NCBI GenBank assembly: GCA_965153355.1
Contig: OZ231126.1
Coordinates: 49,352,001 to 49,416,000 of the forward strand
Direction: 5' to 3'
Source: Flaccisagitta enflata
Taxonomy: Eukaryota
DNA: 64,000 bases
Part shown: positions 10,922 through 27,595 of the stretch, in pieces
Numbering within the stretch: the first letter of the stretch is position 1
Layout: every line of letters begins with the position of its first letter
Translations under genes and position numbers: made by a program
Notes under the pieces: generated by a model
Seen by the model: the letters and a program-made list of their open reading frames with translations, nothing else
The model's database searches: none
What the model was told of the DNA's origin: nothing

Positions 10922-13763
10922 CACCGGTAAACTCATAATTTCCAGTCATAATATTTGTGGCTTTGACAATTCTAAAGAATTTCTTTATGATCAATGTGAC
11001 GAAAATAATATTTCAGTATTAGCCATTCAAGAGCATTGGTTGCGTCCCCCTTATAGAAAAAATCACGGAACTAATCGTTTGAAATTATTACATTCTAATT
11101 ACGACTCTCATGCTGTTTCTGGTATGCAAAAAGTAGTTAATTCTCAAATCATGAAAGGAAGACCGTATGGTGGTACGGGGTTTCTTTATAAAAAAAATAT
11201 TTCAAAATCAGTACGACCCAGACTTGATTTAAACCATGAACGAGTGTCTGTATTAGAGTTGAAGATTACAGATCATGATGTTTTACTGATCAATGTGTAC
11301 TTTCCTTACTTTGACAATAGTAGAATACAAGAGCAACTTATTCTTTATAGCGAGACACTTGCATTTGTAGAGAATATTCTAAAAAGTCATCCTTTTCACA
11401 AGTACATTATCATGGCTGATTTTAACTGTAATGTATACAAATTGAATCATCCTTATGCTATCTTAGTCAATGATTTAATGCGCGAGTATGGTCTTATCTC
11501 TTGTTTTGACTCAATTCCTAATTTTGATCACTCTACACAGTATACACGATGTGATGTAAAAAAGAATTCATACACCTTTATTGATTGTATTCTAGTTAGT
11601 CAAACCTTGCAACCATTTATAGAAAATGCAGAAATATTTTATCATCATATGAATGTATCTGATCATGTTCCATTACGTTTGACTTTAAACGTAAATATTG
11701 ACACTTTTAACCCAGTTAGAAATGCCCATACAAACTATATTCCTTGGAATTCATTAAAAGAAGAAGAATTAGATTCTTTTCGTTCTACCATGGCATATCA
11801 CCTTGATCAAATTGAGATTCCCGTTTCTACGATTAATCATTATAATGTTATTTGCAATGATGTACAGCACACTTTTTCACTTGAAAAATATTACTGCGAT
11901 ATTGTGAAAGCTATTGCCAAGGCCGATGAAGTATTACCACGTCGTAAACATGGTATAAATAAATGTTTTTGGTCCCCGGAACTTAGCGAGCTTAAGCGTA
12001 AATCTCATGATGCATTTACACTTTGGAAATCAGTTGGATGTCCGCGGTCAGGTGTAATATACAATGAAAAAATTTCTACTCATGGTCAATACAAACGGCA
12101 GTTACGTAGAAGTAAACACACGGAAGCTGGTAACACGGAAGCTGGTAATTTATCTGATGCTTTATCCCAGAGCTTATTGAATCGTGATTCTAATACATTT
12201 TGGAAGAACTACAAAAGTATTAATTCCGGTCATGTCCCCTCATCTGTTATAATTGACGGTTCTGTAGATGACGAAGACATAGTTGAAAATTTCTCGAATT
12301 TTTTCAGTAGTATTCATGTCAATTCAGAAGCAAATGATCGTCTTAAAAGTAAATTTGATCCTATTTACAAATCCTATTGTGAAAACCATAATAACGACTC
12401 TCTTAATCCTTCTCTGTTTACGTGGGATGACATGTTGAACGCAGTTCGTAAATTGAAAATTGGTAAAGCCACTGGTAATTTTGTTAAAGCGTATCATATC
12501 TTTCACGGTAGCCCTAAGCTTCTCATCCATCTTCACATTTTGTTCAACTCGATGCTTAGTCACGGATATGTACCTCACGAATTTCTTTGTAACACTATTA
12601 CCCCCGTCATCAAAGATAGAAATGGCGATGCGTCAAGTCCCTCTAATTACCGCCCTGTTAGTCTCGGTGTCATATTTGCACAGCTATTTGAATATTTATT
12701 GTTATCTAAACTTGAATGTTACTTGATAAGCGACGACTTACAATTTGGCTTCAAAGCTAAACACTCAACATCCCATGCTATATTTATTCTCAAGTCTTGT
12801 GTTGACTATTTTCAAAGAAATGGCTCCGCGACTTTTGTTACCTTTTTAGATTGTACGAAAGCCTTTGACAAAATCTCTCACTATGGCCTGTTTATAAAAT
12901 TGATGGTTATAAAATTGATGGATTGAGGTATTCCTTTATGTCTCTTAAATATACTAATTCATTGGTATTGTAATATGGCGGCACGATGTAAGTGGAATGG
13001 AGTACATGGAGATTTTTTTTATGTATTAACTGGTGTGAAGCAAGGCGGAGTTCTTAGTCCTCGTCTCTTTGCAATCTATGTTGATGACTTGATTAGGCTT
13101 TTAAGGTCGAAAGGTATAGGATGTCACATGATTGAAATGTTTGTAGCATGTCTATTTTTCGCTGATGATTTGTGTCTTATATCGCCAACTAAAAGTGCTA
13201 TGCAAGAATTACTTGATGTCTGTCAAAAATACTGCAGCGAATTTAATCTTACTTTCAATACGAAAAAATCTAAAACACTAATTTTTGGTAATCCAGGATC
13301 TGTTATCAAACCGCTTATTCTTAATGGTAATGAGATTGAAATTGTCACGGAATGGCGTTATCTCGGTACTACTATTGTTTCTGGCAAGTATCTATCTTTT
13401 TCTGCGAAGTCTGAACTCAGAGCATTTTATTGTAGCGCAAATTCTCTTGTGTCGGCTAAGGCAAAGCCAGACGAAATAGTACTTATGAGTCTCCTTTTTA
13501 CAATTTGTGTCCCAACTATTACGCATGCGTCTGAAGTTAAAGAATTTAGTAGCGCGGAAATGCATTCATGTCACGTCGCAATGAATGACGCCATTAGGCG
13601 TATCTTCGGCTACAACCGTTGGGAGAGCATAAGGACCCTACGTCAATCTCTCGGATACCTCGACATCTACAACTCATTCCAACGACGGCGGATCAAATTC
13701 AAGGAAGGATGCGCCGCGCATGCAAATCGGGTCATTCGGGCGGCAAGCGGGATTAACGATTAG
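10914..13763 (+). pseudogene. LINE ORF2 (AP-endonuclease + reverse transcriptase), interrupted by one in-frame TGA at 12924-12926
   Basis: APE motifs SHNICG, AIQEHWL, GRPYGG, MADFN, FIDCIL, SDHVP; RT motifs NYRPVSL, QFGFK, FLDCTKAFDKI, GVKQGGVLSP, FADDL, YLG; ORFs 10860-12926 and 12975-13763 are in the same frame (51 nt from TGA to ATG, open: GIPLCLLNILIHWYCN). Confidence 0.93.
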
Positions 13764-14256
13764 AATAGTGATTATGTGATTGTTTGCTGCATGAGCTGTC
13801 ATTTTAATGACGTAATAGAAACCATTCACATATGTTCATCTAAATGAACTACAAAAGAGGCGAATTAACTTAGCTTGATAAAGTCCAGTTATGTTATATA
13901 ATGAAGGAAAAAAGGTGGTTGAAGCGCATAATATAATATATATTCAGGACGTAATCATTGATCATTGTTCTAAAATGGAATTACACCAAATTGTTCAAAG
14001 AATCAAACGAATATACAACTGTCAACAAAAAAGGCCGGTCACACGGCCTGGCCTTGCTACCCAATTCGCACGCGGGTAGGTAGGGGCAGTTAAAAAAGGC
14101 TAACCGACATGAATTTGGGCAGACGCAGTAAGGTTAAAATCGACCGACCGACAGACATAGTAGGTTATAGAGTCGAGTGCATGCGGCATAAAAAGAGTGG
14201 GATGATGACAATCTCAAAATGGTTTTCCAGTTACATCGAGCGTATCAATATAATGC

Positions 14257-14523
14257 AGGGGTGTATATAGTCGCACGGCTTTTGATTTCTCCCCCCCCCT
14301 ATGGTCCTTTGATAATCTTCCCCATGGGGTTTAACTGCATTTGACTTTTTCCCCATATACCCCCTATATAGTAATATTTTGGTTTAAATAGAATAAAATA
14401 GTGTGGTGACTGACTTTTACTTTTTAGTACTGCCAAAAATGTAATATCTTCTGTATTTTTCTACTTTTGGTTTTTCTACTCTTTGATTTCCTTCCCCAGT
14501 ATGCAACTATATATACAGGCCTG
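14257..14523. mobile_element. Small TIR element
   Basis: CAGGGGTGTATATAGTCGCA vs TGCAACTATATATACAGGCCTG; no clear TSD. Confidence 0.45.
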
Positions 14524-14920
14524 AATCGTAAGGAAATGAAAACTTGTTCTTCTGTCAGTCTAGTTGTTAAGTGATATCAATGTCGTTTTAACCCTTTTAC
14601 CATCTTTTTCTTTCTTTCTCTCTTTCTTTCATTCTCTCTTTCCCTGAAAAGTGTCTACCAATTTATTTTCCAATTCCTGCTAATCTCTCTTTCACTCTGT
14701 CTCTCACTGCTTTTCTACACACCCATACCAATCTTTCTGTCTTTCTGACTGCCTTTTTGCCTCTCCTACGATCTCTCTGTTTCTGTCAGTCTGTCTTTTC
14801 CTGTCTGTCTGTCTGTCTCTCTCTCCCTCTCTCTGTCTCTCTGTCTTTCTGTCTCCTCACACCTGTCAGTCTCTCTCTCTCTCTCTCCCCTCTCTGTCTT
14901 TCTCTCTCTGTCTTTCTGTC

Positions 14921-14966
<46 letters not shown>

Positions 14967-15091
14967 CTGAGTTTTCTCTTTTCTTTCTGTCCCTCCCTTT
15001 TCCTGCGTCTAGTGAGCGCGCGGGTCTGTCTTACTCTTTTTTCCTTTCTTTCTCCATGTGTGTGTGTGTGAGCTGGTCCCCAAAAATGAAT

Positions 15092-15442
15092 TCATTTCTT
15101 CTTCCTTTTATTCCCAGAATTGGTTTTCGCGTTGTGGGCTGCTGCTGTTGATGGTGCGGGCGGTGGAGTGGTGGAGGCAGCGGCGGCTAGAGCTGCTGCT
15201 GCTGCAGCTGCTGCGATTCGGGTACTCTCTCCTCTGCCCGCACTGTCACGCTTCCTCTTGGCAACCATGGCACCCACGGATCGCGCGCTTTTCTCTTCTT
15301 CCGCTTTATTATTTGCTGCTTCTTCTTCTACTTTCCTTCCTTTTTCTTCACGTTCGTCGTCATCGTCGTCGTCGTCGTCATCATCATCGTCGTCTTCATC
15401 GTCGTCGTCATCATCTCCAGGGTCGGTCGCCTCCCCGTTATC
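15092..15442 (-). CDS. Low-complexity protein gene, last exon (acidic tract, poly-Ala, terminal KRKKK)
   Basis: GATACAG| acceptor phase 0; 117 codons to TGA; phase matches donor at 16125. Confidence 0.65.
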   Translation of the reverse strand, partial: DNGEATDPGDDDDDDEDDDDDDDDDDDDDEREEKGRKVEEEAANNKAEEEKSARSVGAMVAKRKRDSAGRGESTRIAAAAAAAALAAAASTTPPPAPSTAAAHNAKTNSGNKRKKK

Positions 15443-15495
15443 CTGTATCAAGTTTTTTTTTTTCTATACAATTAAAAGGGAACATAGCCTAGGAA

Positions 15496-15533
<38 letters not shown>

Positions 15534-16124
15534 GACAGATAGATAGACAGATAGACAGACAGACAGACATTTAGGCAGAGAGAGATAGACATAGATACAG
15601 AGATACAGACAGAGACACGCATAGGCTGACAGAGACAGATTATCAGATGTCCAATGTGTAGATGGGTTCTCAGATGTGATTTTTTTTTCAAAAAAAAATT
15701 TTTGAAATTATACAAGTTTTGACCAAGCAGAGGTTGCTTGAAATAAGATTGAAGAATGTACCTCTTCTTTACAATGTAACTGTTTTGACTGATTTATAAG
15801 AAGATTAAAGTGTATGGGATAAAAAAGTATGACTTTTATAGCATTCTAAAGCTTTACTTAAGCTTCAAACTTCTTTCCAACAGTTGGAAAATATTGTATT
15901 TTTGAATGCAGAAGAAAATTAACCAAATCAACCAAAGCCTAGCGTAGAATTTAATCGTCTCAGAGATATGTGACTTTTCAAATGTGGCGTGAAATGAATG
16001 TCACAAGGTGTAAACATTATTCATAGGGAGAGATTTCTATGATTTCCCTGTGATGAAATTGGCTGTGTATCGTTGGTATCGTTGTTGAACGCGAAGTGAC
16101 TCTAGAGTGGCTCTGAGGTCTAAC

Positions 16125-16315
16125 CTCATCTTTATCATTGATGGCGTTTTTGGAGGTTGTTTTAGACATTTCTTTTTTCTTCTTTTTGCCCATGACTCCA
16201 CTTCCGGGTCTAGGTCCAGGTCCTTCGCCATCTCTCGTCGCCATCGTCGTCGTCGTCGTCGCCGTCATCGTCGTCGTCGTTGTCATCGTCCCATTTGACC
16301 CTCGCTTAGTCTGAC
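16125..16315 (-). CDS. Low-complexity protein gene, internal exon (GQTKRG...GKKKKKEMSK...DKDE)
   Basis: CATCAG| phase 1, donor GAG|GTTAGA phase 0; 191 nt, open. Confidence 0.65.
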
Positions 16316-16591
16316 CTGATGTGGCAAAGAGGAAAGAAATTGGGGGAATTTTTCTTCTTTGCAATCAATCTTAAAAAGATTTTTGATTTTGAGTGCGTGC
16401 CATAAAGCAACATGGCGTGGTGGAGGGAGGTACTTTTTTTCTCTCATTTTTATATTCTCTCATTCTTTTTCTTTTTCTCGAAATTTGCTCCTTTTCCTTT
16501 CGTTTTAGTACACAAAAGAGTCTTTTCAGGTAGAACTAAACTGGCTTGAAACTGGATAGCGAAAGAGTTAAGCTGCAATTTTGCCATTATA

Positions 16592-17192
16592 CAGTGTGAA
16601 CATTGTCAAATGCAAAAAAGTATTAAGCTTTTGCTCCTAGATGCTTCATTATTATGACCTGGAATCACTTTTCTCTTAAAGTACTATGTTTGACATTTTT
16701 GTATCAAAATTTCATGGATCTAAGTTGGATACTTTGTCCACAACATTAAAATTTAAGTAATAAAATTATTTCAGAAGAAGCTCACTTTTTAGCTCAAAAT
16801 CTTCTTCTTTAAACAGGAAAGTTTTTCTTTGATTTGCTCTCATTTGAAGATGACTTGAGCTATAAATGCCAGGTTGGTCTCAAATGGAAGATAATTTGAC
16901 ACTCTTCCATTCAAGACCGATGTAGCACCTGTGGTTTAAGTCATTATAACATCAGAACAATTCTAAAAGAAACCGCCCAGATGAAAAAAGTCAGTAATCA
17001 AGCTCAAACTGTAAATATTCATTTTACTTCAAATTGATGTTATGGACAAACTATACAACTGAGATCCATGAAATTTTGACACAAAAAACGTCAAGCAGAG
17101 TGCTATAACAGAAGAATGATTCCTGGTCATGAAGATGAGGAATCTAGGAGCAAAAGCTTAATACTTTTTTGCATTTGACAATGTTCACCCTG
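16592..17192. mobile_element. Long-TIR MITE (Tc1/mariner-type), intronic
   Basis: TA|CAGTGTGAACATTGTCAAATGCAAAAAAGTATTAAGC ... GCTTAATACTTTTTTGCATTTGACAATGTTCACCCTG|TA; inverted similarity extends well over 100 bp. Confidence 0.88.
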
Positions 17193-17548
17193 TAGATGTC
17201 AGACCTCAATGCCTAAATGGAATCGCAGAAATGAACATAGATTTTCACACTTACACAATGGTAAATGTAGGTGTTTATGGGCAGTCGCTTTGTAGGGGCC
17301 AATGAACATGACCCACGCTTCCACAACGTAATTTCTCCATCTTTTCTTCCTCCACCTCCCTACTTCTTAACACATCTACCTATCGCTCGACCGCAAGACT
17401 AAAATTCAGCTTTTAGGCTCATATATCCACCTCCAGGCTAGGCTCAAATCTCAATCCTCAGCCATGAGGCTCAAATCCCAGTCTGAAGATCCTCAGATAC
17501 ATTTCCGGCACTAGTATAAGGTTCATTGTTTGTATGGGATTTTCAAAC

Positions 17549-17759
17549 CTTTCATTTCTTTATTAGCGTTTTTCATTGGATTGGCAGTCAATGAGTTGTT
17601 TCTTGATGAAGTGGCGCTATTGTTATTCGCTGATATTTTGGTGAGATTTGGCAAAGCGTTGGTCTCATCAACTCCCTTGAAGTCGGTTGGCTTAGCAGCT
17701 CGATGTCGACCCCGCTTCTCCTCTTCCTGCAACTTACGCGCCAAAGTCTCATCGTCGAC
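17549..17759 (-). CDS. Low-complexity protein gene, internal exon with MIU/UIM-like motif DDETLARKLQEEEK
   Basis: Long pyrimidine tract then AAACAG| phase 0; donor AAG|GTTTGA phase 1; 211 nt. Confidence 0.72.
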
Positions 17760-19576
17760 CTGTTTGAGGAGGAGGAGGTAGAAGTGGAGGAGGCAGGAGG
17801 ATAAGGAGGAGGGACGAGAAAAAGAGAGGCAGGGAAAAAGAAGAAGGAAAAGAAGAGGAGTAGAAAGAGGAGGAAGGAGGTTAAGGGAGAAGGCAGGAAG
17901 GGAGATGAAGCAGAGGGAAAAGAAAGCGGGAAGGAAGCAACAGGAGGGGAGAGAAAAGGAAGGGGAGACAAAAGCAAATGGTAGAAGGGGAGAGAGGGAA
18001 GGGGAAGAGGAAGAAAAGGAGAGGGAGTAAGAGCAAGGTAAGGGGTGGAAGCAGAAGAAGAGTATGAGAAAAGGAGGGATAGTCAAGAGGAGGGGAAAGA
18101 GGGGAAGCAGGGGATAAGGAGAGACTGAGAGAAATGTAAGGGGGAGAAGATGATGAGAAAGAGGGAGGAGAAACAGAGGAAGAATGGAATGGCAAAAGAG
18201 TACAATTTGATGTACCATTGCAGGACAGAACCTCCACTAACAAAAATTTTGAAATTTGTAAACAAAATCGATGATTCATGCGCTGAATTTGTGAATGTTA
18301 GTGAGAAGATAGGTTTATTTTCCGAATTTGTCTCGTGTCCTGTGCGAGGTTTGAAAAGTGGGTTGATGGTGCAAAAATTGTGCAAAAATTGTTCTTTTAA
18401 GACTGCGGAAATAGATGAAAACGAAAAGTAAAAGTGCCAGTGATAAAGGAAAAAGGGTACGAAAGAAAGTGACTTGTGATTGCATCCATGAAGAAGAGTG
18501 CACGGAATGCGAGGAATGGAGCAAAACGAAAGCAAACAAGGCCGGATACACGGCCACCAGTTGCGGACGGGTGGGCAGGGGGGGACATGCGCGTTTTTTC
18601 CACTTGCCTGAATCGTGTCCACGGACCAGCAGCCAACCGACCGACCGACCGACGGACGGACAAAGCCTCTTATAGAGTTGCGTGTCCGCAACTAAAAAGA
18701 AAACCGGACGTTACGGATAAGGTGGGCAGGGGCATCCAACCGCCATCCACACCCACTTCATACAGAAACATACAAAACTAATCATCCAAGGATCGCACAT
18801 GGTCAGCGGTACCGGGTGCCCTGCTTGGAGTGATTAGCTGCAAAGTGAAATGAGAGCAGGGCAGCGGCCCCAAAGGGCTACTGTCCTGTAGGACACAGGG
18901 GTGAATTTCCAGACATCCTGAGAAGGAATGTTCCAGTCCTTTGGGGCTACTTTCCTTGTTAATCAATGAGAACATTGAATTTTTATCCATTTCATTGTCA
19001 ATTTTCCATGTTATTCAATCTGAATTTTACATGTATTCAAAAATTTTGTATATTATCCATGTTATTCAATAGGGATTTCTCATATTTTTAACTTCTAGTA
19101 AATTTTCCATGCTATTCAATGGGAATTTCATATTTTTTCATTATCCATGTTATTCAATAGGAATTTTGCATTTCTTCATTTTTCCATGTTATTCAATAGG
19201 AACATGAGGCTCAGAAGCTTTGACGGGGAAACGACGGACGGAGCGTAGGACAGTAACGAAATTCACCCTGTGTCCTACGGGACATCGGCCCGCTGGGGCA
19301 GCTGCCCAAAAAGAATCCAAAACACTCATTTTCCACTTTTAAATTCGATCGCTACAGACCAACGGACCGATGGACCGACGGCTCGACGGACTGACGGATG
19401 AATCGACGGACGGACTGACGGACAAAACCTCCTAGAGAGTTGCGTGTCCGCAACTAAAAAACAGAAATGGACAACGTGATTTTGCTATGCATCTAAACTC
19501 TCATGCAAACCCGATTTTGTTCATTGTGAGAGTGAGAGAGAGAGAGAGAGAGAAGGAATAAATAAAAGCGACTCAC

Positions 19577-19995
19577 GCTCTCAGAATTATCAGCAATTGA
19601 ATCATTTTTTGTCTTTGTTTTGTCATCTTTAGTTACGTCAGATTTCTTGCTTTTGTTGTCGACGACTTTCCAGCCACCGGAAGTGATGCCACGTTGACTT
19701 CCGGCGCCACTCACAGTTCCACTTCCGGCGCCACTTCCGGCGCCACTTCCAGCGCCACTTCCGCTAGATTTCCGGCTTGCATTTCCGGCGGCGTCTTTTC
19801 CTCCACGGGTGTTTCCCGTCGACGCCGGCGTCATTGAAGGACCGCCGCTGCCACCCTCGGCGCCGCTGCTGCTGCTTTTACTGCTTTTGCTGGAGCTGCT
19901 GTTGTTGGTGGAACTGCTGTTGTTGGTGACGGTGCTGTTGTCGTCGTCGTTTTCCGTTTCCGGTTCGGTGTCGGCGTCGTCGTCAGGATCGCCTC
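19577..19995 (-). CDS. Low-complexity protein gene, internal exon (acidic, Ser/Gly-rich)
   Basis: GGACAG| phase 1, donor AGC|GTGAGT phase 0; 419 nt open frame. Confidence 0.72.
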
Positions 19996-20111
19996 CTGTC
20001 CAATGAACAACATAGGTTTTAAATGAATGACCGATGAAGGACAAATGAACGACGGATGAATGGTAAACAAGACCAAGTAGGCCAACGATGTGTCCTCTTT
20101 GAATGAATGTA

Positions 20112-20273
20112 CAGTTAAACCCCACTCTAACGGATCTCAAGGGACCAACAAATTTTATCTGTTGTAGGTGGAATTCTGCTATAGCCAATTTAGGAAATAA
20201 AGAAAAACTGATTGAAAAAACTGTGGTTAAGCATCCATTATAGGCGGAATTCCGTTAGAGCGGGGTTCAACTG
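20112..20273. mobile_element. MITE family A (Tc1/mariner-type ends)
   Basis: TA|CAGTTAAACCCCACTCTAACGGA ... TCCGTTAGAGCGGGGTTCAACTG|TA. Confidence 0.8.
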
Positions 20274-20561
20274 TATTTTATTAGTGAATGTTTTCTATGA
20301 ATGTTCTTTTTTTATGAATGAATGTTTTTTTATGAATGAATGTCATCTATGAACGAGTGAATGATGTGTGCTACTTTAACTGGATTGGCAGCACTTTCCT
20401 ACTGTATAGGTAAAATTGCGGATTTCAAGGTTTTTAAGGTTAGCGTAACTGACAGTCAGACAGACATAACCTCTTAATGAAACATAGATGGTATATTCAT
20501 CTGGTTTGTAAGATCACATGACCATAAGTAATGATGAAGGTATCCGACTATTAGTACTGAC

Positions 20562-20989
20562 CTGATTCCGAAACTGAGTTGCCTATTCTATGTAAGATAT
20601 TTGGTGATGAAGAAGAAGCGTTAGTTGACAACAAACTTGAAGACGCGTTGGGCATCAACATCGACGACGACGTTGACGAAGTTGACGGTGTCATTCCCAG
20701 AGCGGAAGTCGTTGGTGGCGTCGTCGTCTTTGTCGTTGTCATTAACAATGGCGTCGACGTCATCGTCATCTTCATCGTCGCCGCTGAAGAGGATGATGAT
20801 GATGATGACGATAGTAAAGTGGATGAGGATGACGTTGCCGCTACCACTGCCGCTGCCGACGCCGCTGCCGACGCCGCTGCCGACGCTGCGCTGCCGACGA
20901 GAACCGGTGTAGCCCCCATCGGCACCACCGTAGTCTTTAGAGAAGTCTTTGCGCCTTTGTTGGAGTTTTTCGGTGTCTTTGTGGTGGTG

Positions 20990-20996
<7 letters not shown>
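20562..20996 (-). CDS. Low-complexity protein gene, Ser/Thr/Ala-rich exon (5' boundary uncertain: 20996 phase 1 or 21019 phase 2)
   Basis: Open frame QSTTTKTPKN...MGATPVLVGSAASAA...RIGNSVSES; donor CAG|GTCAGT phase 1 matches exon at 19995. Confidence 0.62.
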
Positions 20997-24956
<3,960 letters not shown>

Positions 24957-25168
24957 AAAGAAAAAATGTGATGGAACTTTAAAAAACATGAACGAGACGA
25001 AGATTGATGACGCTGTCAATTGCTCCATCGAAGCTGAAAATCGATGTAACGAATTAATTCCGTTATTTTCGACAAAAAAAAATGGAGTCGATGAGCGTTG
25101 ATCAAAATGAAGATTACACTGAGGAAATATAAAGCCAAAGAAAATATATGAAAGGGAAAGTTCTGTGA

Positions 25169-25232
<64 letters not shown>

Positions 25233-25479
25233 CAGCTATGCCTACGGAGGAAAAATATAACAGAGAAAGGGAGAGTAGGAGAAAGGTTTAGAGAAAGAGG
25301 AGGAAAAGGAAAAAGAGGAAGAAGAAGAGGCCGATGAGATGGAGGAAGGGAAAGAAGATGAGGAGGAAGGGGGAAGAAAGGGGGGAAGAGGCAGAGAGAA
25401 GTTTCAACATCGTCGTCGTGCCTGTGGGCTGCTTAGGCTTAGAGAAATCGTATCGAACTCGATCAGAGAAAAATAAGAG

Positions 25480-25584
<105 letters not shown>

Positions 25585-25644
25585 GAATTATATTCGGAAG
25601 AAATCCTTAATCCGAGAGAGAAAGAGAGAGAGAGAGAACGTTTC

Positions 25645-25720
<76 letters not shown>

Positions 25721-26932
25721 TGTCTCAATCAAATCCTTTGTATATTTTATGCATTGAACTATATTTCGCAAAGAAAGGGTAAAGCGTACAAATAGCGTCC
25801 AACTTGGGCTTAAAGGTGAATTGGGGACAGGCTGGGCCAATCGATTCAATGTGAATGCACAGATAACTGGCAATCGGAGTGTGACGTGATTCAGACCAGT
25901 TGGTCCAGTAAGAGCAACAGGCCCCCGCCAACCCTTAACTGCCAATTACGTTGACCAATGACCAGGCCGGATACACTGCATCCCCAGTTGTGTGTGGATG
26001 GGCAGGGGCATGGCAGAGAGAGAAAAGATCACTCGGACATTTGTGGAAAGGCAATGAGGCCCCCAAAAAGTGTGAAGGATAGACATGCAGACGGACCAAC
26101 GAATGGATGGATCGAGGCGGACGGACAAAGTATAGAGTGACTTAGCCATCCACTGTAATTCTTGCATGTCATGTGAAACGAAACACCTCAAGCCATCATT
26201 TGCAGGGTGGTCCATCTACGACTATTTCATGCTTTAGTGGGTATGGGGCATCTATGCTTGGATGATAATGATATGTGGTGTCCAAATTGAAGCCGCTTAC
26301 GTGGCCACTTCTTTTGTGGGTCCATCTTACGTGGCCACTTCTTTTGAGGGTCCATCTTTCTCAACATTAAGACCCACTTGAGCCTGATGATTCCCCGTCG
26401 CGGCGGCCCGTCTTCACAAATATAATTCTTGCTCCAAACTTTGCTCCTTTGCTCTCTTCACACTCAGCAAGTTTCCGCGCGCAAAAATTACTGTGCCTTC
26501 GTTATGCCACGATTTTCTTTAAATTCAGTCATTGCAAGTCTGGTAAAATGACATTAAAACGAACATTTGGTATTGGAAGTCACACTTTTTAGTTACGGAC
26601 TCGAAACTCTATAAGAGGCTTTGTCCGTCCGTCCATCTGTTGGTGGGTCTCTCTGTTGATCTGTATGCACTAGTCGAAAAGTGGACGAACGAGCGTTTTA
26701 GATGCTTTTATGTGAGCAGGGGGTTGAGGTATGGAGAAGGGTTGGACGCCTCTGCCCACCCGTCCGAAACGATATTGTGACCCCGCGTCACTTGTTGCTG
26801 TTGCATGTTGTGCCTCTTCTCAGATCATTTGTAGGTTTCTTTACCTGAATGATGGGCTCTCTAAGAAGCTCGAAAATTCGCATTTGCTATAATGTATTAA
26901 TGTGTGTGACTTCAATGACATAAGTTCCTTTT

Positions 26933-27156
26933 TAGTTGCGGACACGCAACTCTATAAGAGGCTTTGTCCGTCCGTCCGTCCGTCCGTCCGTCCGTCCGTC
27001 CGTCCGTCCGTCCGTCCGTCCGTCCGTCCGTCCGTCCGTCCGTCCGTCCGTCCGTCCGTCCGTTGGTCCGTAATGATCGAGTCGAAAAGTGGGAAAACGC
27101 GCATTTCCGCCCCTGCCCACCCGTCCGCAACTGGTGGCCAAGTATCCGGCCTTGTT
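26933..27156 (+). mobile_element. Helentron/DINE-1-like non-autonomous element family 1, representative copy; others at about 258-499, 811-990, 3361-3540, 18535-18694(-), 26589-26795, 34282-34433(-), 37009-37151(-), 41372-41671, 45188-45362, 63603-63762
   Basis: T-run flanks without TSD, 5' AGTTGCGGAC with subterminal inverted GTCCGCAACT, internal (GTCC)n, 3' hairpin GGCC..GGCC then TTGTT; this is the DINE-1/HINE architecture. Confidence 0.8.
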
Positions 27157-27595
27157 AATGACGCTATTTTGTTGGTCACTTTTTCGGCTATGACCTAAGC
27201 TAAATTAAACTGACGAGATTCATTGACTATCTTACGCTTTATATTCACACCCTGCTATAACGGAGCCGGGAGTAAGTTAACTCCGCCTATAACGGATATG
27301 ACTTATTGATCCCTTCATTTCTCTTTTTGAAAGTTGGCAATAGGAGAATTTCACCAATTGATAGCGCAAAGGCTCTAACGCATAACTTCCATCATTGTGG
27401 GGTTAAAATGCAGCTTTCTATTGTGGGGTCTATATTTTCATGCCTTGGAATTTCTGGACGTGTCTAATTGCACAAGTTATACAGTTGAACCCCGCTCTAA
27501 CGGACCCGCTTCTAACAGAATTCTGCTTATAACACTTGCCTATTCTTTGTCCTTTCAATCTGTTTTCTTTTATTTCCCATACACTCTTTTCCTTT

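Larger units (their letters stand above)
9640..13800 (+). mobile_element. Near full-length non-LTR retrotransposon (LINE), CR1/L2-group-like; outer ends approximate
   Basis: ORF1 plus APE-RT ORF2 overlapping at ATGGATGA (10914-10921); no clear tail or TSD seen; clade is inferred from motif appearance only. Confidence 0.92.

Noticed and set aside
4671-12926. Genome-wide TGA reassignment, suggested by two in-frame TGAs
   Set aside because: TGA is the apparent true stop at 7786, 10919, 15092 and 62275; both internal TGAs are explained by CGA>TGA
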